Below are positions 63,621-64,000 of a DNA stretch of 64,000 nt, in pieces. Source of the DNA: Octopus sinensis (Eukaryota); contig NC_042999.1 in the NCBI RefSeq assembly GCF_006345805.1, forward strand, positions 46,066,001-46,130,000. Reading direction: 5' to 3'. Made by a program: the position numbers and the translations under genes. Position 1 is the stretch's first letter; each line of letters begins with the position of its first letter. The notes under the pieces are model-generated. The model was not told the origin of the DNA and did no database searches. It saw only the letters and a list, made by a program, of their open reading frames with translations.

Positions 63621-64000
63621 TGGGATTTATAAACATTTAATGCATCGCTACGCGCGTTTCCACAAATCACATGTTCCTTAAGATTACAGTCCGTATTCCT
63701 GGGATGATTACGATGTAGTCTGTAGTATCAGTGAACATTGGATAGGAAGCAGAGAAACGAAACTACGCAAAATCTCCCTGCTATATTATTGAGCAACTGC
63801 GGATGCATTCCGGACTTCCAAAAATTTATAAAAGTTTTCAAAGAAATGAAAAAAGCATGTTAAAATACTTCTACAAATAAATATAGCAATCATTTATTTT
63901 AACATACAAAATGAAAAAAATGATTTCCTAAAAAATAAGTACTTCGTGAATTTCATTTAACAGTGTCGCTGAATACAAACTAAGTCCTGCGATGATAGTC

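Overview
AT-rich, repeat-dense animal genomic DNA. The SINE families (tRNA-headed OR/OK-like repeats), LINEs and microsatellites point to an octopus (coleoid cephalopod); this assignment is from recognition, not a database search. One convincing host coding piece is present: a + strand terminal exon (12852-13012) ending ...NGYHQRPQISQGYHPYRR*, a PY-NLS-like C-terminus like that of DAZAP1/Musashi-type RNA-binding proteins, possibly preceded by a 37-nt exon at 1501-1537. The rest is intron or intergenic DNA filled with decayed mobile elements: at least four tRNA-SINE families, RTE, CR1-group and RLE-type (R4/Dong-like) LINEs, a Penelope-like element, three mariners, a Gypsy-type (GIN/Ginger-like) integrase relic and a hAT-like MITE. 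The most notable signals are: (i) several minimal hammerhead-ribozyme motifs in Penelope-type, (TA)n-flanked repeats, one fused to a tRNA-like Pol III head; (ii) a 73-bp satellite carrying about 25 STAT-type TTC-N3-GAA palindromes; (iii) RLE retrotransposons stacked in (TAA)n tracts; (iv) recurrent short inverted duplications; (v) SINEs nested in their own family. Most ORFs in the supplied track are repeat or microsatellite artefacts. All coordinates and counts were made by hand and repeat boundaries are approximate (about 10-30 bp).
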